Both the position numbers and the translations under genes were made by a program. Below are positions 1 to 8,618 of a DNA stretch of 37,708 nucleotides, one piece after another; position 1 is the first letter of the stretch, and each line of letters begins with the position of its first letter. This DNA comes from Flavobacteriales bacterium (lineage in GTDB: Bacteria; Bacteroidota; Bacteroidia; Flavobacteriales; BACL11), in contig NYTT01000067.1 of the NCBI GenBank assembly GCA_002683775.1, positions 1 to 37,708 of the forward strand. The letters run 5' to 3'. The notes under the pieces were generated by a model, which was not told where the DNA came from, did not search any database, and saw nothing but the letters and a program-made list of their open reading frames with translations.

Positions 1-356
1 ATACCAAGTTTATCAAATGTTTTTTTCATTTCTGGATCTAAGTCATCTAAACTATCTAAGACTGGCTTTTGTTTTGGAGCTGAATAATAGATTACATCCT
101 GATAGTTTGGCTTTTCATATTCAACGTTTGCCCAATCAGGCTCATCCATTTTTAGCCATATATTGTATGCATTTAATCTATAATCTAACATCCAATCTGG
201 TTCATTTTTTTTTGCTGAAATTGTGCGCACAACTCTTTCTGTAAGACCTTTCGGAATTGTGTCAGATTCTATTTTAGTTGTGAATCCATATTTATATTCT
301 GCACTAGTAACTTCTTCTAGTAGAATATCTTCGGAAAGTTGTTTTTTTTCACTCAT
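1..356 (-). CDS. sufB: Fe-S cluster assembly protein SufB, N-terminal ~118 codons; the gene continues beyond the left edge of the window
   Basis: Absent from the ORF track because no stop lies in the window. Reverse-complement translation from the ATG at 354-356 reads MSEKKQLSEDILLEEVTSAEYKYGFTTKIESDTIPKGLTERVVRTISAKKNEPDWMLDY..., a typical SufB N-terminus. It lies 11 nt downstream of an A-type Fe-S carrier gene. Confidence 0.85.
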   Translation of the reverse strand, partial: MSEKKQLSEDILLEEVTSAEYKYGFTTKIESDTIPKGLTERVVRTISAKKNEPDWMLDYRLNAYNIWLKMDEPDWANVEYEKPNYQDVIYYSAPKQKPVLDSLDDLDPEMKKTFDKLG

Positions 357-367
357 TTACAGGGGTT

Positions 368-691
368 TTATAGAGAAAAGCTTTCTCCGCATCCACATGT
401 TCTGTTGGCATTAGGATTATTAAATACAAAGCCTTTACCGTTAAGGCCGTCAGAGAACTCCAAAGTTGTTCCAACTAAATATAAATAGCTTTTCTTATTA
501 ACTAATAGTTTGATACCATTGTCTTCAATTAGCTCATCATCATCTTTTTTTGCATTATCAAAGTCTAATTTGTAACTTAAACCCGAGCATCCACCACTTT
601 CAACTCCAACTCTAACAAATTGATTATTGGAACTTTCTTTATCAAGTAAATAAAGCAGTCTATCTTTAGCTTTGTTATTAATATTAATCAT
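368..691 (-). CDS. sufA: HesB/IscA-family A-type iron-sulfur cluster carrier
   Basis: 107 aa. Has the GGCSG motif and the C-terminal CGCGESF motif of the IscA/SufA/ErpA family. Sits immediately upstream of sufB on the same strand. Confidence 0.85.
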   Translation of the reverse strand: MININNKAKDRLLYLLDKESSNNQFVRVGVESGGCSGLSYKLDFDNAKKDDDELIEDNGIKLLVNKKSYLYLVGTTLEFSDGLNGKGFVFNNPNANRTCGCGESFSL

Positions 692-719
692 TTATTTAAT
701 CTAAATCTATATAGAGATG

Positions 720-727
720 CAAAAATA
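720..727 (-). promoter_or_regulatory. Bacteroidota-type -7 promoter box TATTTTTG for sufA-sufB
   Basis: Exact TAnnTTTG on the minus strand, 28 nt upstream of the sufA ATG (691). Confidence 0.45.
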
Positions 728-749
728 ATAAATAAAAATTGTATTTATA

Positions 750-757
750 TATCTTTG
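750..757 (+). promoter_or_regulatory. Bacteroidota-type -7 promoter box TATCTTTG for thiL
   Basis: Exact TAnnTTTG, only 4 nt before the thiL ATG at 762. This implies a leaderless or near-leaderless mRNA if the box is used. Confidence 0.4.
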
Positions 758-761
758 CAAT

Positions 762-1814
762 ATGAAAATATTAGAAGACAAGTCATTAAAAACAACCCCA
801 ATAGACACATTAGGAGAATTTGCATTAATCGATCATTTGACTAAAGACATCAAATTAGAGAACTCAAGTACAATTTTAGGAATTGGTGACGATGCATCTG
901 TTATAGACAAAGGCGATAAGTATTCATTGTTAAGTACAGACTTATTAATAGAAGGTGTACATTTTAATTTAGCTTATTCGCCATTAATGCATTTGGGTTA
1001 TAAATCAGTAGCTGTTAATGTATCTGATATATGTGCAATGAATGGTTGCGCAAAACAAATTACAGTAGGACTAGCAGTAAGTAATCGATTTACAATTGAA
1101 GCACTTGAAGAATTATACGAAGGTATTAAATTAGCTTGTAAACATTATGGTGTCGATTTAGTAGGTGGAGACACTTCCTCTTCAACTTCTGGTTTAATGA
1201 TTAGCATTACTGTACTTGGTGAAGTAGAAAAAGATATTATCACATATAGAAGTGGTGCAAAAATTAATGATTTGGTTGTTTGTACAGGAGATCTTGGAGC
1301 AGCTTATCTTGGGCTTCAACTTCTTAATAGAGAAAATGAGATATTTAAAGATAACCCAACAATTCAACCTGATTTAGGAGGTAATGATTATATTCTAAAA
1401 CGTCAATTAAAGCCTGAAGCTTCAGTTAAATACATAAAGATTTTAAAAGAATTAAATATTATTCCTACATCAATGATTGATATCTCTGATGGTCTTTCAT
1501 CTGAAGCCCTACATATATCAAAAGCATCATCGGTTGGTTTAACTATACATGAAGATAAAATCCCAATTGACCATACAGTTATGAATTTATCAGCTGAATT
1601 TAAAATTAATCCAATTGTATGTGCATTAAATGGTGGTGAAGATTATGAATTACTTTTTACGGTAAATCAACAACATTATGATAAATTAAAAAAAGATCCA
1701 GATTTTACAATTATTGGATTTGTTAATGATCAATCTCAAGGTAATAATTTTATTGCAACTGATGGGTCGTCGCATCAATTAACTGCTCAAGGATGGGACC
1801 CAATAAAGAAATAA
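762..1814 (+). CDS. thiL: Thiamine-monophosphate kinase
   Basis: 350 aa with the AIR-synthase-related fold signature: GEFALIDHL, GIGDDASVI, LLSTDLLIEGVHF, GYKSVAVNVSDICAMNG, GGDTSSS. Confidence 0.85.
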   Translation: MKILEDKSLKTTPIDTLGEFALIDHLTKDIKLENSSTILGIGDDASVIDKGDKYSLLSTDLLIEGVHFNLAYSPLMHLGYKSVAVNVSDICAMNGCAKQITVGLAVSNRFTIEALEELYEGIKLACKHYGVDLVGGDTSSSTSGLMISITVLGEVEKDIITYRSGAKINDLVVCTGDLGAAYLGLQLLNRENEIFKDNPTIQPDLGGNDYILKRQLKPEASVKYIKILKELNIIPTSMIDISDGLSSEALHISKASSVGLTIHEDKIPIDHTVMNLSAEFKINPIVCALNGGEDYELLFTVNQQHYDKLKKDPDFTIIGFVNDQSQGNNFIATDGSSHQLTAQGWDPIKK

Positions 1815-1827
1815 TGTTTAATCATAA

Positions 1828-3117
1828 TTAACTTCTCATTAAGGATTCGATTTCTTCAATCTCAATTGGAATGTTTTTCATTAAATCATGTGGTCCTTCT
1901 TCAGTAACTAATATATCATTCTCTAATCTAATTCCAAGATTTTCTTCTTGTATGTAAATACCTGGTTCACATGTAAATACCATGCCTTCTTTCATTATCC
2001 ATTCCATACTGCCTACATCGTGGACATCTAGCCCTAAATAATGTGATGTTCCATGCATAAAGTATTTTTTATAAAGAGGTTTTTTTACATTCTGCTTCAT
2101 AACATCATGTTTGTCTAATAACTTTAGATTAATTAGTTCTAACTCCATCATTCTGCCAATTTCTTTATTATATTCTTTAAAATTTGTACCTGGAGTTAGC
2201 ATTTTTGTAGCTTCTTTCATTACGTGCAGAACTGAGGTGTAAACTTCTTTTTGTCTACTAGTATATTTTCCGTTTACTGGAACTGTTCTAGTTAAATCTG
2301 AAGCATAATTGGCATATTCTGCTCCAAAGTCCATTAATAAAATATCACCATCTTTACATTCTTTATTATTGTCAATATAGTGTAAAACACAAGAATCAAA
2401 ACCTGATCCAATTATGGGTTGATATGCAAACCCATTTGATCTGTTGCTTAAGAATTCATGCATTAATTCTGCTTCTATTTCATACTCCATTATTCCAGGT
2501 TTAATTAATGGAAGTATTCGTCTTAATCCTTTTTCTGTTAAATCACAAGCATTTTGTAATAGCTCGATTTCAAATTTTGATTTAATAGCACGTAATTCAT
2601 GCATAATAGGAGCTACAGTAAATATTTTTTTATTTGGAAAATTTTTACAAATTTTTATCTTAAAACGGTCATCTCTTGTTTGAACATCTGAAGCGGATCT
2701 ACTATGAATATTTTCATTTAAATATATACTGTCTGCTACTGAAATTAATTCATTTAATTTATTGTCTAATTCATCTAACCAAAAAACGGTTTTTACCCCT
2801 GAAATTAGATGTGCTTTGTTTTTATCTAATTTTTCTCCCTCCCAAATTGCAATATGTTGATTTGTTTCTTTTAAAAATAAAACCTCTCTCATATTTTGAT
2901 TTGGGTGATCAGGAAAAATAACAAGTACACTTTCCTCTTGATCAATTCCAGAAAGCCAAAAAAGATCATTGTTTTGTCTAAAAGGCATTGTCCCATCGGC
3001 ATTTGTTGGCATTACATCATTAGAATTTAATATGGCCATTCCATTACGTGATAATTTAGAAAAAAATTTTTCTCTATTTTGTACAAACAATTTACTGCTA
3101 ATTTGTAAGTATTTCAT
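1828..3117 (-). CDS. Xaa-Pro aminopeptidase (M24B family, PepP-like)
   Basis: M24 pita-bread metal-ligand context is present (DFGAEYANYASDLTRT, HGTSHYLGLDVHD, EPGIY, RLEND). The track ORF starts at 3159. I prefer the ATG at 3117 (MKYLQISSKLF...) because a -7 box at 3135-3142 lies inside the longer version. Confidence 0.8.
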   Translation of the reverse strand: MKYLQISSKLFVQNREKFFSKLSRNGMAILNSNDVMPTNADGTMPFRQNNDLFWLSGIDQEESVLVIFPDHPNQNMREVLFLKETNQHIAIWEGEKLDKNKAHLISGVKTVFWLDELDNKLNELISVADSIYLNENIHSRSASDVQTRDDRFKIKICKNFPNKKIFTVAPIMHELRAIKSKFEIELLQNACDLTEKGLRRILPLIKPGIMEYEIEAELMHEFLSNRSNGFAYQPIIGSGFDSCVLHYIDNNKECKDGDILLMDFGAEYANYASDLTRTVPVNGKYTSRQKEVYTSVLHVMKEATKMLTPGTNFKEYNKEIGRMMELELINLKLLDKHDVMKQNVKKPLYKKYFMHGTSHYLGLDVHDVGSMEWIMKEGMVFTCEPGIYIQEENLGIRLENDILVTEEGPHDLMKNIPIEIEEIESLMRS

Positions 3118-3134
3118 TTCATTTGAGTTTAATT

Positions 3135-3142
3135 CAAAAATA
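3135..3142 (-). promoter_or_regulatory. -7 promoter box TATTTTTG for the aminopeptidase gene
   Basis: Exact TAnnTTTG on the minus strand, 17 nt upstream of the ATG at 3117. Confidence 0.4.
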
Positions 3143-3223
3143 GTAAAATTACTCATCAATCTGTAATCGTTCTTAATTAGAATTTTTATAGCTATGAATG
3201 TTCTGAATGTAAAATTTGAGCAG

Positions 3224-3231
3224 TATATTTG
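3224..3231 (+). promoter_or_regulatory. -7 promoter box TATATTTG for sdhCAB
   Basis: Exact TAnnTTTG, 22 nt upstream of the ATG at 3254. It lies inside the longer track ORF that starts at 3194. Confidence 0.45.
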
Positions 3232-3253
3232 TAAACTAATTAAAAAATTTAAA

Positions 3254-3931
3254 ATGAGTCACGGTATATCAAATTCATCAGTAGGAAGAAAATTTTTAAT
3301 GGCGCTATCAGGATTTTTTCTAATGTTTTTTTTAGCCCAACATTTGGCTATAAATTCTTTATCACTTTTCAGTAAAGATTTATTTAATGAGGTATCTCAT
3401 TTTATGGGAACAAATCCATTAATACAATTTGTCTTACAGCCGATACTAATTTTTGGAGTAGTATTTCATTTACTTATGGGTATGTATTTAGATAGTCAAA
3501 ATAAATCTGCTAGACCAATCAAATATGCTGTCGATAATGCTAGTGAAAATTCGAATTGGCTAAGTAGAAATATGTTAATTACTGGTGTAATGATTTTATT
3601 ATTTATGTTACTTCACTTTTATGATTTCTGGATTCCTGAAATTACCACTAAGTTTATAAATGGAGATTGGTCTGGCATACACAATGGAGAGTTCAGATAC
3701 TGGGAAGAACTTCATCATAAATTTCATAATTTAGTTAGAGTTATTATTTATTGTATCGCATTTATTTCACTTGGTCTACACTTAGCTCATGGATTTCAAT
3801 CTTCTTTTCAATCTGTGGGGTTCAATAATAAACATTCGAGTACAATTAAGAAACTAGCTAATCTGTATGCAGTAATAATTCCTTTAGGGTTTATTTTTAT
3901 TGCTTTATTTCATTACTTTACTTCACTCTAA
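3254..3931 (+). CDS. sdhC: Succinate dehydrogenase / fumarate reductase cytochrome b subunit (b558 family)
   Basis: Polytopic membrane protein with conserved His in successive helices (AQHLAIN, VFHLLMG, LLHFYDF, LHLAHGF). Directly precedes sdhA and sdhB. Start moved to 3254 ([14 protein letters not shown]...) on the promoter-box evidence. Confidence 0.8.
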   Translation: MSHGISNSSVGRKFLMALSGFFLMFFLAQHLAINSLSLFSKDLFNEVSHFMGTNPLIQFVLQPILIFGVVFHLLMGMYLDSQNKSARPIKYAVDNASENSNWLSRNMLITGVMILLFMLLHFYDFWIPEITTKFINGDWSGIHNGEFRYWEELHHKFHNLVRVIIYCIAFISLGLHLAHGFQSSFQSVGFNNKHSSTIKKLANLYAVIIPLGFIFIALFHYFTSL

Positions 3932-3941
3932 AAATTATAAT

Positions 3942-5957
3942 ATGTCGATTTTAGATTCTAAAATACCTAAAGGCCCTTTAAAAGATAAGTGGACCAATCA
4001 TAAAAACAATATTAATTTGGTAAGCCCTGCAAATAAAAGAAACATTGATATCATTGTAGTTGGGACTGGATTGGCAGGTGCATCTGCCTCTGCATCTCTT
4101 GCTGAGATGGGATACAATGTTAAAGCTTTTTGTTATCAAGATTCGCCTAGAAGAGCACATTCAATTGCAGCTCAAGGAGGTATCAATGCTGCAAAAAACT
4201 ATCAAAATGATGGAGATTCTATCTATAGGCTTTTTTATGATACTGTCAAAGGAGGTGATTATCGATCAAGAGAAGCAAATGTTCATAGATTAGCGGAAGT
4301 TTCTGGAAATATAATTGATCAATGTGTTGCTCAAGGAGTCCCTTTTGGAAGAGAATACGGTGGGCTTTTAGATAATCGTTCGTTTGGAGGAGTACTAGTT
4401 TCAAGAACTTTTTATGCGAAAGGTCAAACTGGACAACAACTTTTGTTAGGTGCATATTCTGCTATGAATCGACAAATTGGTAAAGGAAAAATTCAGATGT
4501 TTAACAGACATGAGATGGTTGAATTAGTTAAAGTTAATGGAAAAGCTCGCGGGATTATCGCCAGAAATTTAGAGACAGGAAAATTAGAAAGGCATGGAGC
4601 TCACGCTGTAGTAATTGCTAGCGGAGGATATGGCAATGTGTTTTTTTTATCAACAAACGCAATGGGATCAAATGTAACTGCCGCATGGAAAATTCATAAG
4701 AAAGGAGCATATTTTGCAAATCCGTGTTATACTCAAATTCACCCTACATGTATACCTAGAAGCGGAGAACATCAATCTAAATTAACATTAATGTCTGAGT
4801 CATTAAGAAATGATGGGAGAATTTGGGTTCCTAAAAAAATTGAAGATGCCAAGTTAATTAGACAAGGAAAATTAAAACCAACAGAGATTAGCGAAGAAAA
4901 TAGGGATTATTACTTAGAAAGAAGATACCCTGCTTTTGGTAATTTAGTTCCGAGAGATATTGCATCAAGAGCTGCGAAGGAGATTTGCGATGCTGGATTT
5001 GGAGTGAATCAAACTGGAGAGGCTGTTTATTTAGATTTTACATCAGCAATAAAAAGATATGGAAAGCAAGAAGCAGCTATACAAAGACTAGAAAATCCAT
5101 CTGAAAGTAAAATTATTGAACTTGGAGAAGTAATTGTTGAATCTAAGTATGGAAATCTTTTTCAAATGTATGAGAAAATTGTTGCACAAAATCCATATAA
5201 ATCTCCAATGATGATTTACCCAGCTGTTCATTATACAATGGGTGGTGTTTGGGTTGATTACAATTTAATGACTTCAGTTGAAGGTTGTTATTGTATTGGA
5301 GAGGCAAATTTTTCAGATCATGGAGCAAATAGGTTAGGAGCATCTGCACTCATGCAAGGATTAGCAGATGGTTATTTTGTTTTACCCTATACTATTGGAG
5401 ATTATCTTTCAAATGAAATTAGAACTGGTAAAATATCAACAGATACATCTGAATTTGAAGATGCTGAAAAGTCTGTTGCCGATAGAATACGTAAGCTAAT
5501 TAATATTCAAGGTACTAAATCCGTAGATCATTTTCATAAATTGTTAGGTCAAGTAATGTGGGAATATGTTGGCATGACTAGAAATGAGAAAGGGCTAAAA
5601 ATTGCAATGAAAAAGATTAAAGAAATTCGCGATGAATTTTGGAAAGATTTAAGAATACCTGGAGATCAGTTTTCTTTAAATTCCGAACTTGATAAAGCTG
5701 GTAGAGTTGCAGATTTTTTAGAACTAGGAGAACTTTTTGCTAAAGATGCGTTAAGTAGGAACGAAAGTTGTGGTGGTCATTTTAGAGAAGAATCAGTTGA
5801 GTTAGATGGGGCACAAAAAGGAGAAGCCAAAAGAAATGATAAAGATTATGCTTACGTTACTGCATGGGAATATAAAGGCGAACCCGAAAATTCAAAAATG
5901 CACAAAGAGGAATTAGAATTTAATGATATTGAATTAAAACAAAGATCTTATAAATAA
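3942..5957 (+). CDS. sdhA: Succinate dehydrogenase flavoprotein subunit
   Basis: FAD-binding [11 protein letters not shown] and the [14 protein letters not shown] motif with the histidyl-FAD His. C-terminal [10 protein letters not shown]. The ATG at 3942 follows the sdhC stop (3929-3931); the TTG at 3900 in the track overlaps sdhC. Confidence 0.92.
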   Translation: MSILDSKIPKGPLKDKWTNHKNNINLVSPANKRNIDIIVVGTGLAGASASASLAEMGYNVKAFCYQDSPRRAHSIAAQGGINAAKNYQNDGDSIYRLFYDTVKGGDYRSREANVHRLAEVSGNIIDQCVAQGVPFGREYGGLLDNRSFGGVLVSRTFYAKGQTGQQLLLGAYSAMNRQIGKGKIQMFNRHEMVELVKVNGKARGIIARNLETGKLERHGAHAVVIASGGYGNVFFLSTNAMGSNVTAAWKIHKKGAYFANPCYTQIHPTCIPRSGEHQSKLTLMSESLRNDGRIWVPKKIEDAKLIRQGKLKPTEISEENRDYYLERRYPAFGNLVPRDIASRAAKEICDAGFGVNQTGEAVYLDFTSAIKRYGKQEAAIQRLENPSESKIIELGEVIVESKYGNLFQMYEKIVAQNPYKSPMMIYPAVHYTMGGVWVDYNLMTSVEGCYCIGEANFSDHGANRLGASALMQGLADGYFVLPYTIGDYLSNEIRTGKISTDTSEFEDAEKSVADRIRKLINIQGTKSVDHFHKLLGQVMWEYVGMTRNEKGLKIAMKKIKEIRDEFWKDLRIPGDQFSLNSELDKAGRVADFLELGELFAKDALSRNESCGGHFREESVELDGAQKGEAKRNDKDYAYVTAWEYKGEPENSKMHKEELEFNDIELKQRSYK

Positions 5958-5962
5958 AAGCT

Positions 5963-6715
5963 ATGGATTTAACTTTAAAAGTTTGGAGACAGAAAAATAG
6001 AAATGCTCAAGGAGCTTTAGAAAAATATAATGTTTCAGGAATATCTGAAAATGCATCTTTTTTAGAGATGTTAGATGTTATGAATGAACAGCTAATAAAT
6101 GAGGGAACAGAGCCTGTAGCATTTGATCATGATTGTAGAGAAGGTATTTGTGGAAGTTGCTCACTTTATATTAACGGAGAAGCTCATGGTCCAGCAAAAA
6201 ATGTTACAACTTGCCAATTACATATGCGCATGTTTAAAGATGGTGAAACAATTTATATTGAGCCATGGAGATCTGCAGCGATGCCAGTAATTAAAGATTT
6301 AATTGTTGATCGATCTTCTTTTGATAGAATTCAGCAATCAGGAGGCTTTGTTTCAGTTAACACATCTGGTAATACTCAAGATGCAAATGCACTGCCTATT
6401 CCTAAGATGAACGCAGACAAAGCTTTTGACGCAGCTGCTTGTATTGGTTGTGGTGCTTGTGTCGCAACTTGTAAGAATTCATCAGCAATGCTATTTGTCG
6501 CGGCTAAAGTATCTCAATTTGCATATCTCCCTCAAGGTCAAGTAGAGGCAAAACAAAGAGTAAAGAATATGGTACAGCAAATGGATAATGAAGGATTCGG
6601 AAACTGCACAAATACTGGAGCCTGCGAGATAGAGTGTCCAAAGAGTATATCTATTGAGTATATTGCTAAAATGAATAGAGAATTTTTAGCCGCTACTTTT
6701 TCAACTTCTGAATAA
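5963..6715 (+). CDS. sdhB: Succinate dehydrogenase iron-sulfur subunit
   Basis: Three Cys clusters: [20 protein letters not shown] and [12 protein letters not shown]. Starts 5 nt after sdhA. Confidence 0.92.
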   Translation: MDLTLKVWRQKNRNAQGALEKYNVSGISENASFLEMLDVMNEQLINEGTEPVAFDHDCREGICGSCSLYINGEAHGPAKNVTTCQLHMRMFKDGETIYIEPWRSAAMPVIKDLIVDRSSFDRIQQSGGFVSVNTSGNTQDANALPIPKMNADKAFDAAACIGCGACVATCKNSSAMLFVAAKVSQFAYLPQGQVEAKQRVKNMVQQMDNEGFGNCTNTGACEIECPKSISIEYIAKMNREFLAATFSTSE

Positions 6716-6719
6716 ATTA

Positions 6720-7496
6720 ATGCAAGAATTATTAAATTTATCACTACTGCAGTCAAAAATTTATTGGAAAGATATAGATGAAAATCTTCAGCATTTCTCA
6801 AATTTAATTTCTAGAATAGAAAATACAGATATTATTTTATTACCTGAAATGTTTAATACTTCCTTTTGCCCAGAATTTTCTCATTTAGCAGAAAGTATGG
6901 ATGGAAAAACAATTAAATGGATGCAAGCTGTTTCAAAAAAGAAAAATTGCATTGTTACAGGTACATTAATGATAAAAGAAAATGATAAAATATATAATAG
7001 ACTTGTTTGGATATCACCAAGCAGTGATATTATAACATATGATAAATGGCATTTATTTTCTATAATTAAGGAAAATAAGTATATCTCAAAAGGTAAAAAA
7101 CGTTTAATAGTTAGTGATTTTGGTTGGAAATTTTGTCCGTTAATTTGCTATGATTTACGTTTTCCTGTTTTTTCAAGAAATACTGAAGACTACGATGTTT
7201 TAATTTATTTGGCTAATTGGCCAAAAGCACGAATAGATGCATGGGACACACTTTTAAAGGCTAGGTCGATAGAGAATCAATGTTATACAGTAGGATTAAA
7301 TAGAATTGGTCAAGATGGAAATGGAACAGAATTTAATGGCCATTCCAAAGTTTTTGATGCTATTGGAAAAGAAATTTTTTCAGCTACTGATAATAAGGAA
7401 GATATCTTACAAGTTGTAATTTCAAAAAAATCTCTATCATACAAAAGAAATAAGATGAATTTTTTGAATGATCAAGATTCTTTCATTCTTTTATAA
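6720..7496 (+). CDS. Carbon-nitrogen hydrolase (nitrilase superfamily; YafV/omega-amidase-like)
   Basis: Glu-Lys-Cys triad context: LLPEMF, YDKWHLF, LICYDLRFP. Starts 4 nt after the sdhB stop, so probably co-transcribed with sdhCAB. Confidence 0.75.
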   Translation: MQELLNLSLLQSKIYWKDIDENLQHFSNLISRIENTDIILLPEMFNTSFCPEFSHLAESMDGKTIKWMQAVSKKKNCIVTGTLMIKENDKIYNRLVWISPSSDIITYDKWHLFSIIKENKYISKGKKRLIVSDFGWKFCPLICYDLRFPVFSRNTEDYDVLIYLANWPKARIDAWDTLLKARSIENQCYTVGLNRIGQDGNGTEFNGHSKVFDAIGKEIFSATDNKEDILQVVISKKSLSYKRNKMNFLNDQDSFILL

Positions 7497-8529
7497 TCCA
7501 TTCTATTTCTAGATTCCAATTTGAACGAATTAAAATTTCAGATTGATAATTAAATACTTTTTCAGGTTGTATCTGTTTCTGTAAGTTTCCAGTATTCCAA
7601 ATTTTATCTTCATTTCTATCCTCTATACATTTTAATTGATATTTTCCAGGTTCTATCGATTTGATTAAAAATGGTTTTTGATCAAAATAATGCTCAGAGA
7701 CAACTTTATTTTTCTGTAATAATTGAAAAATAGATGATGAATTAAGTTCAGTTATAATTTCTAATTGACCTAAGCCTACACTTTCTTTTCTTTGAATTAA
7801 AGAGTCCTTTTGAATATATAAATTTGAATCAATTTTTTCCTTAAAAGCAAGAAGTGAAATAAATGTATCGTTTACAGTATTTATTTTTCTATTTGAAAAT
7901 GCAATTTTTTCATCAGTATTAAAAATCAAATCAAATCCAGAAAGTGCTAGAATTTTATAATTCTCATTTATTAAGTTCGGAAAATGAAATCTTCCTTTTT
8001 TATCAGTTTTAGAAATATACTTTGGAGGATTTTTGATTAATAGTGAATCTTCAATTTTTTCGTCAAACAACATTATCCAGCAATTTTCTAAATATTCTAA
8101 AGTATATGAATCTTTTAAAACACCACTTAGTACAGTATGCTCTAAGTTATTATCATTATAAATAAAATTCAAGGTATCTAAGACATTTCCTTCGTTTATA
8201 TCTTTGATGCATTGACCTAAAGAAATATTGTAGCTTTTATTTTTATGTAATGTGTCTTTGATTGATAAGTAAAGAAATTTTCCGTTTATTTTTTTTTGTA
8301 AATTTTTTATTATTGGTGAAATGTAGAAGTTTTCGTCCCAATTATTCAGCTGTATATTTTCATCAAATTCAAATAAAATTACATTATCTAAAGATTTCTT
8401 GTCATTTTTTACAATTGTAATTTTTTTAATTTTAGGGGGATCTATATCTCTTTTGCCACCAGTTGGAGCGACGATATTTGCACAGCTTGTATGTAAAATG
8501 ATTATAAGGGTTAAGATTGATTTTTGCAT
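7483..8529 (-). CDS. Hypothetical lipoprotein with an Ig-like N-terminal region and a CarboxypepD_reg-like beta-sandwich
   Basis: Signal peptide with a lipobox-like ...LHTSC. The segment KTDKKGRFHFPNLINENYKILAL resembles carboxypeptidase-regulatory-like domains. The 3' end overlaps the convergent amidase gene by 14 nt. Confidence 0.55.
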   Translation of the reverse strand: MQKSILTLIIILHTSCANIVAPTGGKRDIDPPKIKKITIVKNDKKSLDNVILFEFDENIQLNNWDENFYISPIIKNLQKKINGKFLYLSIKDTLHKNKSYNISLGQCIKDINEGNVLDTLNFIYNDNNLEHTVLSGVLKDSYTLEYLENCWIMLFDEKIEDSLLIKNPPKYISKTDKKGRFHFPNLINENYKILALSGFDLIFNTDEKIAFSNRKINTVNDTFISLLAFKEKIDSNLYIQKDSLIQRKESVGLGQLEIITELNSSSIFQLLQKNKVVSEHYFDQKPFLIKSIEPGKYQLKCIEDRNEDKIWNTGNLQKQIQPEKVFNYQSEILIRSNWNLEIEWIIKE

Positions 8530-8618
8530 ACCAATAACATTTTAAGCATACTTTTTTCTATTATAAAGAAATTAAAATACAATATACTTAATACTCTTTT
8601 TAGCATTTATTAAAGGTA

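Noticed and set aside
2444-3166. Three plus-strand ORFs (2444-2683, 2676-2921, 2969-3166) opposite the aminopeptidase gene. The small ORFs opposite sdhA (3978-4160, 4060-4293, 4246-4455, 5143-5349) are similar cases.
   Set aside because: All overlap genes with clear family motifs on the other strand or in another frame, and none has a start context or homology of its own.
3194-3253. Longer sdhC start at 3194, and the TTG start for sdhA at 3900 given by the ORF track.
   Set aside because: The -7 box at 3224-3231 falls inside the 3194 extension. The extension MNVLNVKFEQYICKLIKKFK has no counterpart in cytochrome b558 subunits. The sdhA TTG at 3900 overlaps sdhC, whereas the ATG at 3942 follows the sdhC stop and begins the conserved N-terminus.
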